From: Treponemataceae bacterium
GTDB lineage: Bacteria; Spirochaetota; Spirochaetia; Treponematales; Rectinemataceae
Direction: 5' to 3'
Assembly: GCA_963667725.2 (NCBI GenBank)
Contig: CAXXHO010000003.1
Span: 1,824,001-1,888,000, forward strand
DNA: 64,000 nucleotides
The notes under the pieces are model-generated. The model saw only the letters and a list, made by a program, of their open reading frames with translations. It did not search any database and was not told where the DNA came from. This document shows positions 1 to 9,385 of the stretch, piece after piece. The translations under genes and the position numbers were made by a program. Within the stretch, counting starts at the first letter, position 1; the number at the start of each line of letters is the position of its first letter.

Positions 1-682
1 ATTCTCCCCTGGCGAGCTTCTCGGAGGCCTTGGCAAGGTTGCGTATCGGTTTCGTTATGGAATTGGCGACGATATAGACATAGCCGAGGAGGAGGACGCC
101 AGCCGCTATCATCCCCAGGAGAATGGCGTTGTTGATGAACTTGGCCTGCCTGCTTGAGGCGCGGAAGCTTTCCTCTCCCTCCTTCATGAGAATGCTGAGG
201 AGGCGCGAGAGGTACATGTCCACGTAGCCGGCTATCCTGTCGGCGCGGGCGAAGTCGACATAGTAATCGCTTCGGCCTGTAGCCCTGAAGGAAAAAGAAC
301 GGGCCACAAGGGGCAGATAGGCATCCAGGCCGTAGCCGGTGGCCCTGACTTCGAACCCGGCGTCTTCGGAGAGAGATTCGAGCGGGGCGAGGGAATTGTC
401 GAGGACCGACAGGTTGGCGATGGATTCGTAGAGTTCTTCAATCGGCCTGGACGAAGGTTCCCTGAGGAAACGGTCGGCGTCGGCCCTGAAGCTGTTGAGG
501 GCGACGCGCATGCTGTGGACGAGATGATAGTGGTTGAGGCGGGTTTCGTATTCCTCGGCCACTTTATAGGTGGCCCGCTGCGCTATGATCTCCATCGCCA
601 CCATGAATATGATGGCGATGCCCAGGAAGGCGAGAAGCCGACCGCGAATCCCTATCCTGAAGCGCCTGCCCTCAGCGGCCAT
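1..682 (-). CDS. Membrane sensor (TM-periplasmic-TM-HAMP), probably a YesM/LytS-type histidine kinase; 3' end runs off the window
   Basis: Manual translation from ATG at 682: MAAEGRRFRIGIRGRLLAFLGIAIIFMVAM...NAILLGMIAAGVLLLGYVYIVANSITKPIRNLAKASEKLARGE. Two TM helices followed by a typical HAMP start; lies 6 bp downstream of uxaE. Confidence 0.75.
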   Translation of the reverse strand, partial: MAAEGRRFRIGIRGRLLAFLGIAIIFMVAMEIIAQRATYKVAEEYETRLNHYHLVHSMRVALNSFRADADRFLREPSSRPIEELYESIANLSVLDNSLAPLESLSEDAGFEVRATGYGLDAYLPLVARSFSFRATGRSDYYVDFARADRIAGYVDMYLSRLLSILMKEGEESFRASSRQAKFINNAILLGMIAAGVLLLGYVYIVANSITKPIRNLAKASEKLARGE

Positions 683-688
683 CCCAGT

Positions 689-1924
689 CTATCCGAGAAA
701 GAGTGGCGTGAGGTGGCGCTCGAAGAGGTTGGCGGTCACGTTCCGGCTTATGTGCGCTTTATGGGTTTCCAAAGCCTTCAGATACTCATTCCCCATCTCT
801 GCCGCGACCTTGAAGCCGACATGGATGAGCTGCCTGAAATCGCGATTGTAGCGGGGATTTTTCCTGTCATGCCTGAGCGCGGAGACGTAGGCGGCGGAAT
901 CCCAGTTGTACACTTCGGCGGGCGAAGGCAGCCTGGATTTGGAGATGTCGATGACGGTGGCGTAGGGCTTGGAGAGTTCCTCGAAGCGGCCATATGCCTG
1001 GTCGTAGATCTTCTTGGCGAGCTCGAGCCCGCTGCCGCCGGCCTCGGCCAGGCCGATCACTTCCTCGAGCCACGTGGTGCCGGCGGTCTTCAGGTGGAGG
1101 CCGCAGCCGAGCCGTTTGATGATTTTCCCGATTCCGGGGTAGAGGCTGAATTTGTCGCTTCCGGTATGGATGGAGAGCTTGAGGCTGGCGGGGAGGGAAA
1201 AAGCGCCGATCGCCCACATGGCGACCTTGGCGTCTTCCTCGAACTCCCTGAGGAAAGCCGCGGGGTCGCCGACATAGTCGACGCCCTTGTTGAAGCGTCC
1301 CGAGAATTTAGGGGCTATGGTCTGGACGGGAACGCCGACTTCGGCGAGTCCGGCGAGGATGACGATCATCTCGGCCGGGGATTGGGGTTCGTCCGTCTCG
1401 TCCATGGAGACTTCTATATGAAAATTGCCATCGGGCTTAGATTCCAGGATTTTCGCGTAGACCTTGGCCGCTTCATCGATGGCATAGAGATATTTTCGAG
1501 CGCTCTTTTCCATGAGTTCAGCCGTAACCGGTACCGGCGCGCTTTTATCGCCGACGAGGCCCTTGTGGCTGGCGAGGAAGGCCTGGATACGCTCCGCGGA
1601 AGCGGGTTTGCCGATGAAATCGGCGACATCGATGGTGAAGAAATCGCAGTAAGCCATGAACTTGTCGACATTCTGCAGGCCGATGTGGTCAGCGTCGACG
1701 CAGTACGAGCCCGCGAATCCGGTGACCTTTATGGCCGCGTCGGCGGCGGCGCGCTGGTCTTTGGGTTCGGTGCCGATTATTACGTGCTCGCGATTGCTCT
1801 TGTTCCAGACTATGGAGGCGTTCACCCCTTTCTCGGCCAGAAGCTGGAACGCGCGAATCTGCGCCTCGCCCTGTCTGCCGAATCTATCGCCCGTTCCTAC
1901 CGAATATTTGCTCAATACTTTCAT
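689..1924 (-). CDS. uxaE: Tagaturonate/fructuronate epimerase (UxaE family)
   Basis: Motifs GTGDRFG, DADHI, EVSMDET, PKFSGRFNKGVDY, LSIHTGSDKF and HLKTAGTTWLE are typical of UxaE. Confidence 0.88.
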   Translation of the reverse strand: MKVLSKYSVGTGDRFGRQGEAQIRAFQLLAEKGVNASIVWNKSNREHVIIGTEPKDQRAAADAAIKVTGFAGSYCVDADHIGLQNVDKFMAYCDFFTIDVADFIGKPASAERIQAFLASHKGLVGDKSAPVPVTAELMEKSARKYLYAIDEAAKVYAKILESKPDGNFHIEVSMDETDEPQSPAEMIVILAGLAEVGVPVQTIAPKFSGRFNKGVDYVGDPAAFLREFEEDAKVAMWAIGAFSLPASLKLSIHTGSDKFSLYPGIGKIIKRLGCGLHLKTAGTTWLEEVIGLAEAGGSGLELAKKIYDQAYGRFEELSKPYATVIDISKSRLPSPAEVYNWDSAAYVSALRHDRKNPRYNRDFRQLIHVGFKVAAEMGNEYLKALETHKAHISRNVTANLFERHLTPLFLG

Positions 1925-2004
1925 GAAATTGATCTCCTTTCGATCTATCTGCTATACCCCGGAAGCCGTTCCTGGTCAAGGTGGAACCGAAACCGGGGCC
2001 AATC

Positions 2005-2033
2005 TTGAATCCGCGCCGCCTCCTTGTTACACT
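2005..2033 (+). promoter_or_regulatory. Putative sigma-70 promoter for the LarA-family gene
   Basis: TTGAAT-17 bp-TACACT, with TG upstream of the -10. Confidence 0.45.
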
Positions 2034-2077
2034 TCAATGTATACGACGAATGGACGCGGCGGCGTCGAGGAGCAACT

Positions 2078-3358
2078 ATGATGTATGTAACCCGGGGCTC
2101 GGCCCAGGATGAAATAACGCCGAAAATTCTCGCGGAACTGGTCAAGCGTGCGATCGAGGGAATCAGGGGGGCGAAGCGCGTCGTAGCTCTTCCGCCCGAT
2201 ATTACGCGTTTCCATTCCCAGGCCGGCGCGATTACCGACCTGCTCTACGAGAATCTGGGATCGAGACTCTCGGCCGTCCTTCCCGCCTTGGGAACGCACG
2301 CGCCCATGACGGCGGCCGAGATCGCCGCCATGTATCCGCGGACGCCGGCCCATCTTTTCCGCGTCCACGATTGGCGAAAGGATCCGGTCGAACTCGACCG
2401 CATCCCGGCAAGTTTCGTGCGGGAAGTCGGCGAAGGTTTCGTGGATTACGACTATCCCGTCCAGGCCAACAAGTCGCTCGTCGACGGGAGCTTCGACGCC
2501 ATCGTATCGATCGGCCAGGTCGTTCCTCACGAGGTTGTGGGCATGGCCAACCATGCCAAGAACATTTTCGTGGGAACAGGCGGCAAGGAAGCCATTGACA
2601 AGAGTCACTTCCTGGGCGCCGCCTACGGCATGGAGCGAATGATGGGCCGGGCCGATACGCCTGTGCGCCGCGTGTTCACAAAAGCGCTCGAACTCGCGCG
2701 CGGGAAACTGGCGCCCGTCCTCTGGATCCTCACGGTCATGGGCAGGAACGATGAAGGCAGGCTCGTCATGAAGGGTTTTTTCGCCGGCGACGACATGGAA
2801 TGTTTCGAGAAGGCGGCCGCCCTCGCCCGCGACGTGAACATCGATCTTCTGGACGAGAGCGTTGACAAGGCTGTCGTCTGGCTCGACCCTGCCGAATTCC
2901 GCAGCACATGGCTCGGCAACAAAGCCGTCTACAGGACGCGCATGGCCATGGCCGACAAGGGCGAACTCATCATTATGGCGCCCGGCCTCGCCCACTTCGG
3001 CGAAGACTCCGGCATCGACGCCCTGATAAGGAAATACGGTTACCGCTCCTCCCCCGAAGTTCGCGAATTCGTCCGCGGGAACGAGGACCTCGCCTCGAGC
3101 CTGTCGGCGGCGGCCCATCTTATCCACGGATCGAGCGAAGGCCGTTTCAGGATTACCTATGCGCCGGGGCCTGGCATCTCCAGGGCCGAAATCGAGGGCG
3201 TGGGGTACGGTTATGCTTCGCTGGCCGAGATGCAGGCGAAATATGATGTAAAGAAAATGTCCCTCGGCTGGAATGAACTTGCGGGAGGGGAACGGGTATT
3301 CTTCGTTCCCAATCCGGCTTTGGGTCTCTGGTCGACGAAGGCTCGTTTCGGGGTATGA
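2078..3358 (+). CDS. LarA (lactate racemase) superfamily nickel-pincer enzyme, probably a sugar-acid 2-epimerase (GntE-like)
   Basis: Motifs PDITR, ALGTH, HDW, VPHEVVGMANHAKN and SHF match the LarA catalytic His/Lys pattern. RBS GAGGAG precedes ATG 2078. Divergent from uxaE. Confidence 0.8.
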   Translation: MMYVTRGSAQDEITPKILAELVKRAIEGIRGAKRVVALPPDITRFHSQAGAITDLLYENLGSRLSAVLPALGTHAPMTAAEIAAMYPRTPAHLFRVHDWRKDPVELDRIPASFVREVGEGFVDYDYPVQANKSLVDGSFDAIVSIGQVVPHEVVGMANHAKNIFVGTGGKEAIDKSHFLGAAYGMERMMGRADTPVRRVFTKALELARGKLAPVLWILTVMGRNDEGRLVMKGFFAGDDMECFEKAAALARDVNIDLLDESVDKAVVWLDPAEFRSTWLGNKAVYRTRMAMADKGELIIMAPGLAHFGEDSGIDALIRKYGYRSSPEVREFVRGNEDLASSLSAAAHLIHGSSEGRFRITYAPGPGISRAEIEGVGYGYASLAEMQAKYDVKKMSLGWNELAGGERVFFVPNPALGLWSTKARFGV

Positions 3359-3397
3359 AGGCGAAAGGGTGGAGGCCCCTTTCAGCGCATTCCCCCT

Positions 3398-4801
3398 TCA
3401 GCGCATCACGAAAAGAGCTTCCGTGCCCGCCTTACCATCCCTTCGCTTTCCTATCGTCACTTTCCAGCCGTGAAGGTCAGCCGCCGCCTTGACGATGGTC
3501 AGCCCAAAGCCGTGGCCGCCGCCCGATCGGGAGGGCGAGCCCCGGTAGAAGGCGTCGAACACGTAGGGCGCATCTTCCTCGGCTAATCCTGTCCCGTCGT
3601 CGGCCACGGAAAAGGCGAACTTCCCTTCGTGCTGAATGAGCCTTAAGCTGATTTCGCCCTGATCCTGTGAATACTTGAACGCGTTGGTCACAAGATTTTC
3701 CAACGCCCGCTCGATCAGAAGCCTGTTCATCGTTATGGACGGAATGGCGAAATTGGGTTCAGGCGAGGCTTCCTCGCCGAATCCCCAAATCAGGTTTCTC
3801 TTCAGGAGACGGGCGTCGCTCGCGAAGCGAAGGCCCAAGGTCCGAAGCAGTTCGCCAAGGCTTACTTCTTCGACGGAGATGCTCCCCTCCCCGCCGATTT
3901 TCAGGAAATCGATGATCTCGCCCGTCAGGTCTTCCAGCTGTTTCGCCTTGTTCTGGATTATCTGCAGGTATTTCCCCTGCGTTTCCTTGTCGGAGGCCAC
4001 ATTGTCGGCCAAGGCGTCGGCGTAACCCTGGATGAGGGCTATGGGCGTCTTCAGGTCATGGCTTACGCCCATCAGCATCTTGGACCTGCGTACCAGCATA
4101 TCCTTGAGATTGAGGCGCATGAGGTTGATCGACTTGGCGAGGAGGAGGATTTCGTGATTGCCCGATCCGGCCACTTCATGGTCGAGGTCGCCCGTGGCCA
4201 CGATGGCTGTATCCTCTTCGAGGGTCTTGATGGCCCGGCTTATGGAGCGGAGGATGGCAAGCGAGATGACTCCCGATACGATGAAGAGAATGAGGGCGAA
4301 ACTGCTTATGAAAAGGACTGTGCGGTTGCGCAGGTCCTGCCTGGTCCAGAAAGGCTGGATATCGTAGAGGATGAAGGGGCTGTCATCGCGCTTCGGGTCG
4401 ATGGGATTGAGCTTGAACTCGGGTTTCGGCCCCGCTTGGCGATCATCTGTCGTGGAGGTGGCGATGTCCGAACTTGTTCGGCGTGGGGGAGCCAAGTCGG
4501 TAAGCCTGATCGAACTCCCCGGCATGATATGCGAGAAGGTGGAAAGGATGACGATGCCGTCGGCAGTCAGGAGCGCCACTTCCCGGAGCGGCATGCCGGC
4601 TTTCTCTGCTTCCTCGTTCATCGTTTCGACCGTCAGCGTGTCGCCCGCGTGCCATCGCGCGGACAGCGCTTCTATAAACACCTTGGAAGGGATCCTCGGA
4701 TCCTTGGGGGCCTGCTGAAAACCGAAAAAGACTATGGAGAATATGACGGGAAGCAGCGTCACCGCCGCCGTGAGGACGGCAAACTGGGTTTTCAGCCTCA
4801 C
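3398..4801 (-). CDS. HAMP-domain sensor histidine kinase
   Basis: Two TM segments, HAMP, H-box SHDLKTP, N-box NLVTNAFKY, G-boxes DDGTG and GHGFGL. Confidence 0.93.
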   Translation of the reverse strand: MRLKTQFAVLTAAVTLLPVIFSIVFFGFQQAPKDPRIPSKVFIEALSARWHAGDTLTVETMNEEAEKAGMPLREVALLTADGIVILSTFSHIMPGSSIRLTDLAPPRRTSSDIATSTTDDRQAGPKPEFKLNPIDPKRDDSPFILYDIQPFWTRQDLRNRTVLFISSFALILFIVSGVISLAILRSISRAIKTLEEDTAIVATGDLDHEVAGSGNHEILLLAKSINLMRLNLKDMLVRRSKMLMGVSHDLKTPIALIQGYADALADNVASDKETQGKYLQIIQNKAKQLEDLTGEIIDFLKIGGEGSISVEEVSLGELLRTLGLRFASDARLLKRNLIWGFGEEASPEPNFAIPSITMNRLLIERALENLVTNAFKYSQDQGEISLRLIQHEGKFAFSVADDGTGLAEEDAPYVFDAFYRGSPSRSGGGHGFGLTIVKAAADLHGWKVTIGKRRDGKAGTEALFVMR

Positions 4802-4810
4802 TTCATCCTC

Positions 4811-5512
4811 CTATGCGATCGTTTCCGGATTGAAACGGTAACCGAGGCCGTACTGCGTCTGGATGTACCGCGGAGCCGATGGGTCATCCTCTATCTTGCG
4901 CCTCAATCTTTGGATATAGACTCCCACGGCGCTGACGTCGCCGAAATTCTGCCCCCATACCTTATCGTAGAGTTCCTCGGGCGTGAAGGACTTGCCCTTG
5001 GCCTCGATGAGGGTCTGCAGGATGCCGAACTCCCTCGGGGACAGGCTGACGGGTACACCAGCCTTGGTCAGGAAAAGCGCTTCCGAATCCAGTTCGAAGG
5101 GGCCGAAACGCCAGACCGATCCTTCCTTGCCCAAAGCGGGAACTTGGGATCTTCGGATATAGGCGCGCACGCGAGCCGCGAGGACGCGCGGAGGACAGGG
5201 CTTCGTGACGAAATCGTCAGCGCCTACGCCCAGGCCGTGAATGACGTCCTCCTCGGCTTCCCTTGCCGTCAGGATCATGACGGGAATCATGGTGGTCTTC
5301 CTGAGTTTTTCGAGAAATTCAAAGCCGTCCATACCCGGAAGATTGATGTCCAGGATGATGAGATTCCATTCGTTTTCCTTGGCCAGGGCCAGGGGTAGGC
5401 CCGCTTCCGCGTCGAGCGCGATCTTGCATTCGAAACCTTCCCTGTTCAGGTAGAGCATGTAGAGTTCGGCCAGCTCCTTTGTGTCTTCGATGATCAGGAT
5501 TTTTCCTCTCAT
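4811..5512 (-). CDS. OmpR/PhoB-family response regulator
   Basis: IIED...LDINLPGMDG...KP receiver plus winged helix VYIQRLRRKIE...GLGYRF. Confidence 0.95.
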   Translation of the reverse strand: MRGKILIIEDTKELAELYMLYLNREGFECKIALDAEAGLPLALAKENEWNLIILDINLPGMDGFEFLEKLRKTTMIPVMILTAREAEEDVIHGLGVGADDFVTKPCPPRVLAARVRAYIRRSQVPALGKEGSVWRFGPFELDSEALFLTKAGVPVSLSPREFGILQTLIEAKGKSFTPEELYDKVWGQNFGDVSAVGVYIQRLRRKIEDDPSAPRYIQTQYGLGYRFNPETIA

Positions 5513-5521
5513 GCCTTCACC

Positions 5522-7198
5522 TCATCGTCTTTCGAAATCGAGCACTGTCCAGTACAGGCTTATGTCGGCCCCGACTCTATCCAGGGCGAACCCCTCATCG
5601 AATTTCAGGGGGGCGCCGACAACCAGCTTGACCTGGTTGAAAATGTTCATCGACAGGACCGGCTTGATAATGTTGCCTCTCGGGGCATATTCGGAGCCGG
5701 CGGACCCGAAGGATGACACGGCGGTGAGATCCATGCTGAAGCGTGATCCGCCCGAACCGAGGGTCAGTCCGAGGGAGGGTCCTATCCTCGTGGAATTGTC
5801 CGAGAAGTTATGGAGGGCATAGGCGCTGAAGGAAGTGTTCACGAGATCCTTTCCCCTGCCCTTCCTGAAGCCGAGGCCAATGCTGCCCGCCAGATAGAAC
5901 CGGCCGTTGCCCGTCGCCGAGGTGTCGGCGGAGCTGTATCCATCGACTGCCTTAATTGCGTTTTTCGCGGCTTCCATCGCGAGAATGGACGAATCGGCGT
6001 AGCCCGCGCCGTTGTAGTAGCCCTGGACGTGGAGATTCAGCACGAAGCCGTCGGAAGTGAACTTGGAATACTTGAGGCCGAGGGTCGACTGGAAGATAGG
6101 CTTGTTCTCGATAGTGTAGGTCTGATAGCCCCCCAGCCCATCGGACTCGACGTAGATGCGGTCCGAACCCCAGGATACGACGTTCTCGCCGTAGACATCG
6201 ATGCCGGCCAGGGCTCCGGTGAAGAGAAACATGGCTCTGGGCTTGGCCGCCATATCGCCCCGGTAAAATCCCGCCAGGGTGAGCTCGAAACCGCCCGCGA
6301 CGAAGTCGGTGCGCTGGGCGACGGAGAACTGCCCCAGCTCGTCGATTTCCGTGGGCGGGACGACATAGAGGGTCGCGTGGTTGAGGCCGAAGGGCATGTC
6401 TGCCTTGAAGGCGAAGGGACCTTCGCGTTCGGCGCGGGGGTTGTCGGGATCTATGGCCGAAAGGCTCAAGACATCAGAGGGTTTGTACCAGTTCCCCACG
6501 CCCCAGCGCACCCGCTGCTTGCCCATTCTGAAGAAGATCGCCCTTTCGATCGCGGCGTCGACGAAGAGTTCGTCGAGTGCGAACCCCTCGTCCTCGACGG
6601 TGAGGCTCGTCACGCTCTGGGTTATGTTATAGTCGTAGGATACGGCGCCGTAGAGTCTGAAGAATTCCGAAGCTCTGAGATCGGCATAGGCGCTAGCCTC
6701 GAGATCCTCGACGCCCGAGGGGAGAAAGGTTCCCGAAAGCTCGACATTGTAGACGTATTCCTTGGAAGGAAGGAAGGTAAAGGCTATCGAGTCGAGGTTG
6801 ACACCCCCCAAAAGGCTCTGACTGTCGCCGCTCACCGCTCCGTAAGGGACGAAGGAACTCTGGAGCCCTGCCGCCGCCTCGCCTTCGAGTATAAAAACGG
6901 GGTAGGTCTTTATATCGTCGACGAGCTCCACGATGCTCGTGGCCGCGACATCGGTGTCGACCACCTTGATGATGTCCGACTCGCCTCCGAAGAGGGCGCT
7001 TTCGTCGAGGGGCGTCGCGGTGTTGGTTATGTCCTGGCCAAGGGCCGCGCTGGAAGTGGATCCGGCGTTGCCGGAAGTTTGGCCCCCCGCCTGGCCGAAG
7101 ACTCGCCCTGAGGCGGGGCCGGCCCCCAGAACGAGGGCGAGAAGAGCGAGGAAGGCGGCGATCTGGCGCCGTCCGGCGCGCGAAATGTCATGGTTCAC
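5522..7198 (-). CDS. Exported protein, probable outer-membrane beta-barrel partner of the ABC/LolA-like system
   Basis: Signal peptide; GKQRVRWGVG...PSD motif; alternating aromatic beta-strands; operon position. Confidence 0.6.
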   Translation of the reverse strand: MNHDISRAGRRQIAAFLALLALVLGAGPASGRVFGQAGGQTSGNAGSTSSAALGQDITNTATPLDESALFGGESDIIKVVDTDVAATSIVELVDDIKTYPVFILEGEAAAGLQSSFVPYGAVSGDSQSLLGGVNLDSIAFTFLPSKEYVYNVELSGTFLPSGVEDLEASAYADLRASEFFRLYGAVSYDYNITQSVTSLTVEDEGFALDELFVDAAIERAIFFRMGKQRVRWGVGNWYKPSDVLSLSAIDPDNPRAEREGPFAFKADMPFGLNHATLYVVPPTEIDELGQFSVAQRTDFVAGGFELTLAGFYRGDMAAKPRAMFLFTGALAGIDVYGENVVSWGSDRIYVESDGLGGYQTYTIENKPIFQSTLGLKYSKFTSDGFVLNLHVQGYYNGAGYADSSILAMEAAKNAIKAVDGYSSADTSATGNGRFYLAGSIGLGFRKGRGKDLVNTSFSAYALHNFSDNSTRIGPSLGLTLGSGGSRFSMDLTAVSSFGSAGSEYAPRGNIIKPVLSMNIFNQVKLVVGAPLKFDEGFALDRVGADISLYWTVLDFERR

Positions 7199-7207
7199 GG
7201 TCGCCTC

Positions 7208-8083
7208 CTACTGGCTTACGCGTTCGAGATAATTCTTCGTGAAGACATCGTTGGGCACGGGCTTGGTCGAGATGTTGGTATAGGTGGTCTGCGTCCGCTT
7301 TTCGGGGATAAGGCCGTCCTGGAAGGTCTGGACGGTGGGCACGAGGGATTTCCCTATCTGTACGTAGCTTGTGTAGTAGGAGGTGCGCAGCAGAACCTTG
7401 GAGAGGCTGTACTCCTCCACCTTGAGGACGATCGAGCGCTCCTTCTCGATGTACATCGTTATGAAGGGAAAGGCAACTTCGTCGTTGTTCGCTTTGAGTT
7501 GGCCGACCCATACATCGTATTTCCCCAGTTTTCCGCTGTCCAGCTTGACCACGTCGTAGTCCAGTGAGCGCTGGAAGCGCGCGAAGTCCGAATTGCGTGT
7601 CGTGGTATTCTCGTACTGTTCCTTGAGGGTCGTATGGTTGAACTTGCGCGAGCTGGGATCGTAGCGCCACATGTTCGAGTCGACGCGGAGCATGCCCTGA
7701 CCCTTCCGCGACTCGGGTTCGAGGGTGATCATCAAAAAGGCGTCATCCTTGTCGCGGCGGTAGATGATCTCCTTGCGCGTCTGGGTGCCCTTTTCGGGGC
7801 TCACCGATACCATGGTGATCGTCGCAGTCATGTCGCTGTCGTAAAAGCTCGAACGGATATCTGTGGTGCGCACGAGCATGAGAAAATCCTTGCCCGACCA
7901 GTCTTTGGGATCTTTCGAGGTCGGTAGCTTGTAGTCATCGAGCCCTGGCATGCCCATTCCCAGCATCATGCCGCCTCCTCCTCCGGGAGGGGGGCCACCT
8001 TGGGCTTCCGCTCCCGAGAGGGCGAGGCCGACGAGAAGGGCGAGGCCGACGAGGCTGGCGAGGCTTTTAGTTCTTAGTTTCAT
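7208..8083 (-). CDS. LolA-like outer membrane lipoprotein-sorting protein
   Basis: Signal peptide; LEPESRKGQGMLR, MWRYDP and NSDF motifs; RBS AAGGAG before ATG 8083. Confidence 0.78.
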   Translation of the reverse strand: MKLRTKSLASLVGLALLVGLALSGAEAQGGPPPGGGGGMMLGMGMPGLDDYKLPTSKDPKDWSGKDFLMLVRTTDIRSSFYDSDMTATITMVSVSPEKGTQTRKEIIYRRDKDDAFLMITLEPESRKGQGMLRVDSNMWRYDPSSRKFNHTTLKEQYENTTTRNSDFARFQRSLDYDVVKLDSGKLGKYDVWVGQLKANNDEVAFPFITMYIEKERSIVLKVEEYSLSKVLLRTSYYTSYVQIGKSLVPTVQTFQDGLIPEKRTQTTYTNISTKPVPNDVFTKNYLERVSQ

Positions 8084-8093
8084 CCTGTACTCC

Positions 8094-9374
8094 TTATGCG
8101 GTTGCGCGCAGCGCTTCAATAGGCAGAAGCTTCGAGGCCCTCAGCGCGGGGCCGGATACGGCGATAGCGCTCGCCGCCATCACGCAGAGACTGACGAAGG
8201 CGAGCGATAGGATATCGGGAGAGAAGAGAAGCCTCCCCCGTGAGAGGGCGGATCCGAGGCTCCCCGCTGGATCGAAGGGGATGAGGTGAGCGAGGAGCCC
8301 CAGTGGCATGGACGCGAGCATCCCTGCGAGGCTCCCTGCCATGGCTATGAGGAGAGACTCATATATGAAGATCCTGAAGATGTCCTTCCTCCTGAATCCG
8401 ATGCAGCGTAGCATGCCGATTTCCTTGGTGCGCTCCATGAGGACCATGCGGTAAGTGTTCGTGATGCCCGCCATGACGAGGACGAGCATGATGGCGAAGA
8501 TGGTGGCGCCTATCCATCGGACCGATCCGAGGACGGCTCCCATCTGGCCAGAGAGTTCGGTCACCGTCGCCATCCTGTAGAAAACCTCGCCCGGCCGCGC
8601 GCCCGAACCGGCCGGCGATGAGGCTGAAGCCATCCTGAAGACGTAGCCCTCGGCACCGAGCCGCTCGACCAGTTTCTTCCCGGCGGCATCGGCCGTCGCC
8701 GCGTCAGGCAGAAAGACGGTGAGAGACTGGTATTGGCCTTCCCTCAGGTTGAGGTCGGCAAGGAGATTCGCCAGGGGAACGAAGACGGTGGTCATGCCGC
8801 CGGCGGCCGCGTCGTTGTAGACCGCCGCGAGATTGTACTCGGTGACGTTCTGCTGTCCCGACACCGTCGAAAGGCGCACGAGGACGGAATCGCCCAGGCC
8901 GAGGCCGAAGCGCCTGGCCGAGGAGGCTCCCATCACGATAGCTCGGTCGGCCTTGGCCGAAGCCCAGTCGCCCAGGTCGAGGACGAGGCTTCCCGAAAAG
9001 AGCCGATCGCCCTTCCAGTCCACGCCCCTAACCTTCAGCTGCTGTTCCCTCGAACCGAAGACGACCGTGGCCTGAGCCTGGGCCGTGGGCGATACGCTTA
9101 GCGCCTCGGGGAGGATTTCCTTCGTCTTCGCGGCCAGCGCCTGATCCTCTATCCTGTTCAGGGATCTGCCCGATTCGCTGGTCCCGAATCCGTTGATGAT
9201 GATATGGCCGGCGGAGAAGAGGGTAACGTTCGCCTGGACTGCCTTTTCCATGCCGGCGGTGAGGCCAGTGGAGAGGCATATGACGATGACGCCGAAGGCT
9301 ATCGCCCCGCCGAGGAGGGCTGTTCTGCGCGGCTGCCTGAGCGTATTTCTCAATGCCATCGTGGAACGGATCAT
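8094..9374 (-). CDS. FtsX/LolE-like ABC permease
   Basis: RNTLRQPRRT N-terminus; ERTKEIGMLRCIGF; C-terminal PIEALR. Start reassigned to MIRSTM (RBS AAGGAG). Confidence 0.88.
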   Translation of the reverse strand: MIRSTMALRNTLRQPRRTALLGGAIAFGVIVICLSTGLTAGMEKAVQANVTLFSAGHIIINGFGTSESGRSLNRIEDQALAAKTKEILPEALSVSPTAQAQATVVFGSREQQLKVRGVDWKGDRLFSGSLVLDLGDWASAKADRAIVMGASSARRFGLGLGDSVLVRLSTVSGQQNVTEYNLAAVYNDAAAGGMTTVFVPLANLLADLNLREGQYQSLTVFLPDAATADAAGKKLVERLGAEGYVFRMASASSPAGSGARPGEVFYRMATVTELSGQMGAVLGSVRWIGATIFAIMLVLVMAGITNTYRMVLMERTKEIGMLRCIGFRRKDIFRIFIYESLLIAMAGSLAGMLASMPLGLLAHLIPFDPAGSLGSALSRGRLLFSPDILSLAFVSLCVMAASAIAVSGPALRASKLLPIEALRATA

Positions 9375-9385
9375 CGCGGTCTCCT

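Noticed and set aside
515..2008. 497-aa plus-strand ORF
   Set aside because: Antisense shadow of uxaE with no recognisable motifs; typical of GC-rich codon bias.
4058..7111. 446-aa and 433-aa plus-strand ORFs
   Set aside because: Antisense to well-supported kinase, regulator and outer-membrane protein genes.
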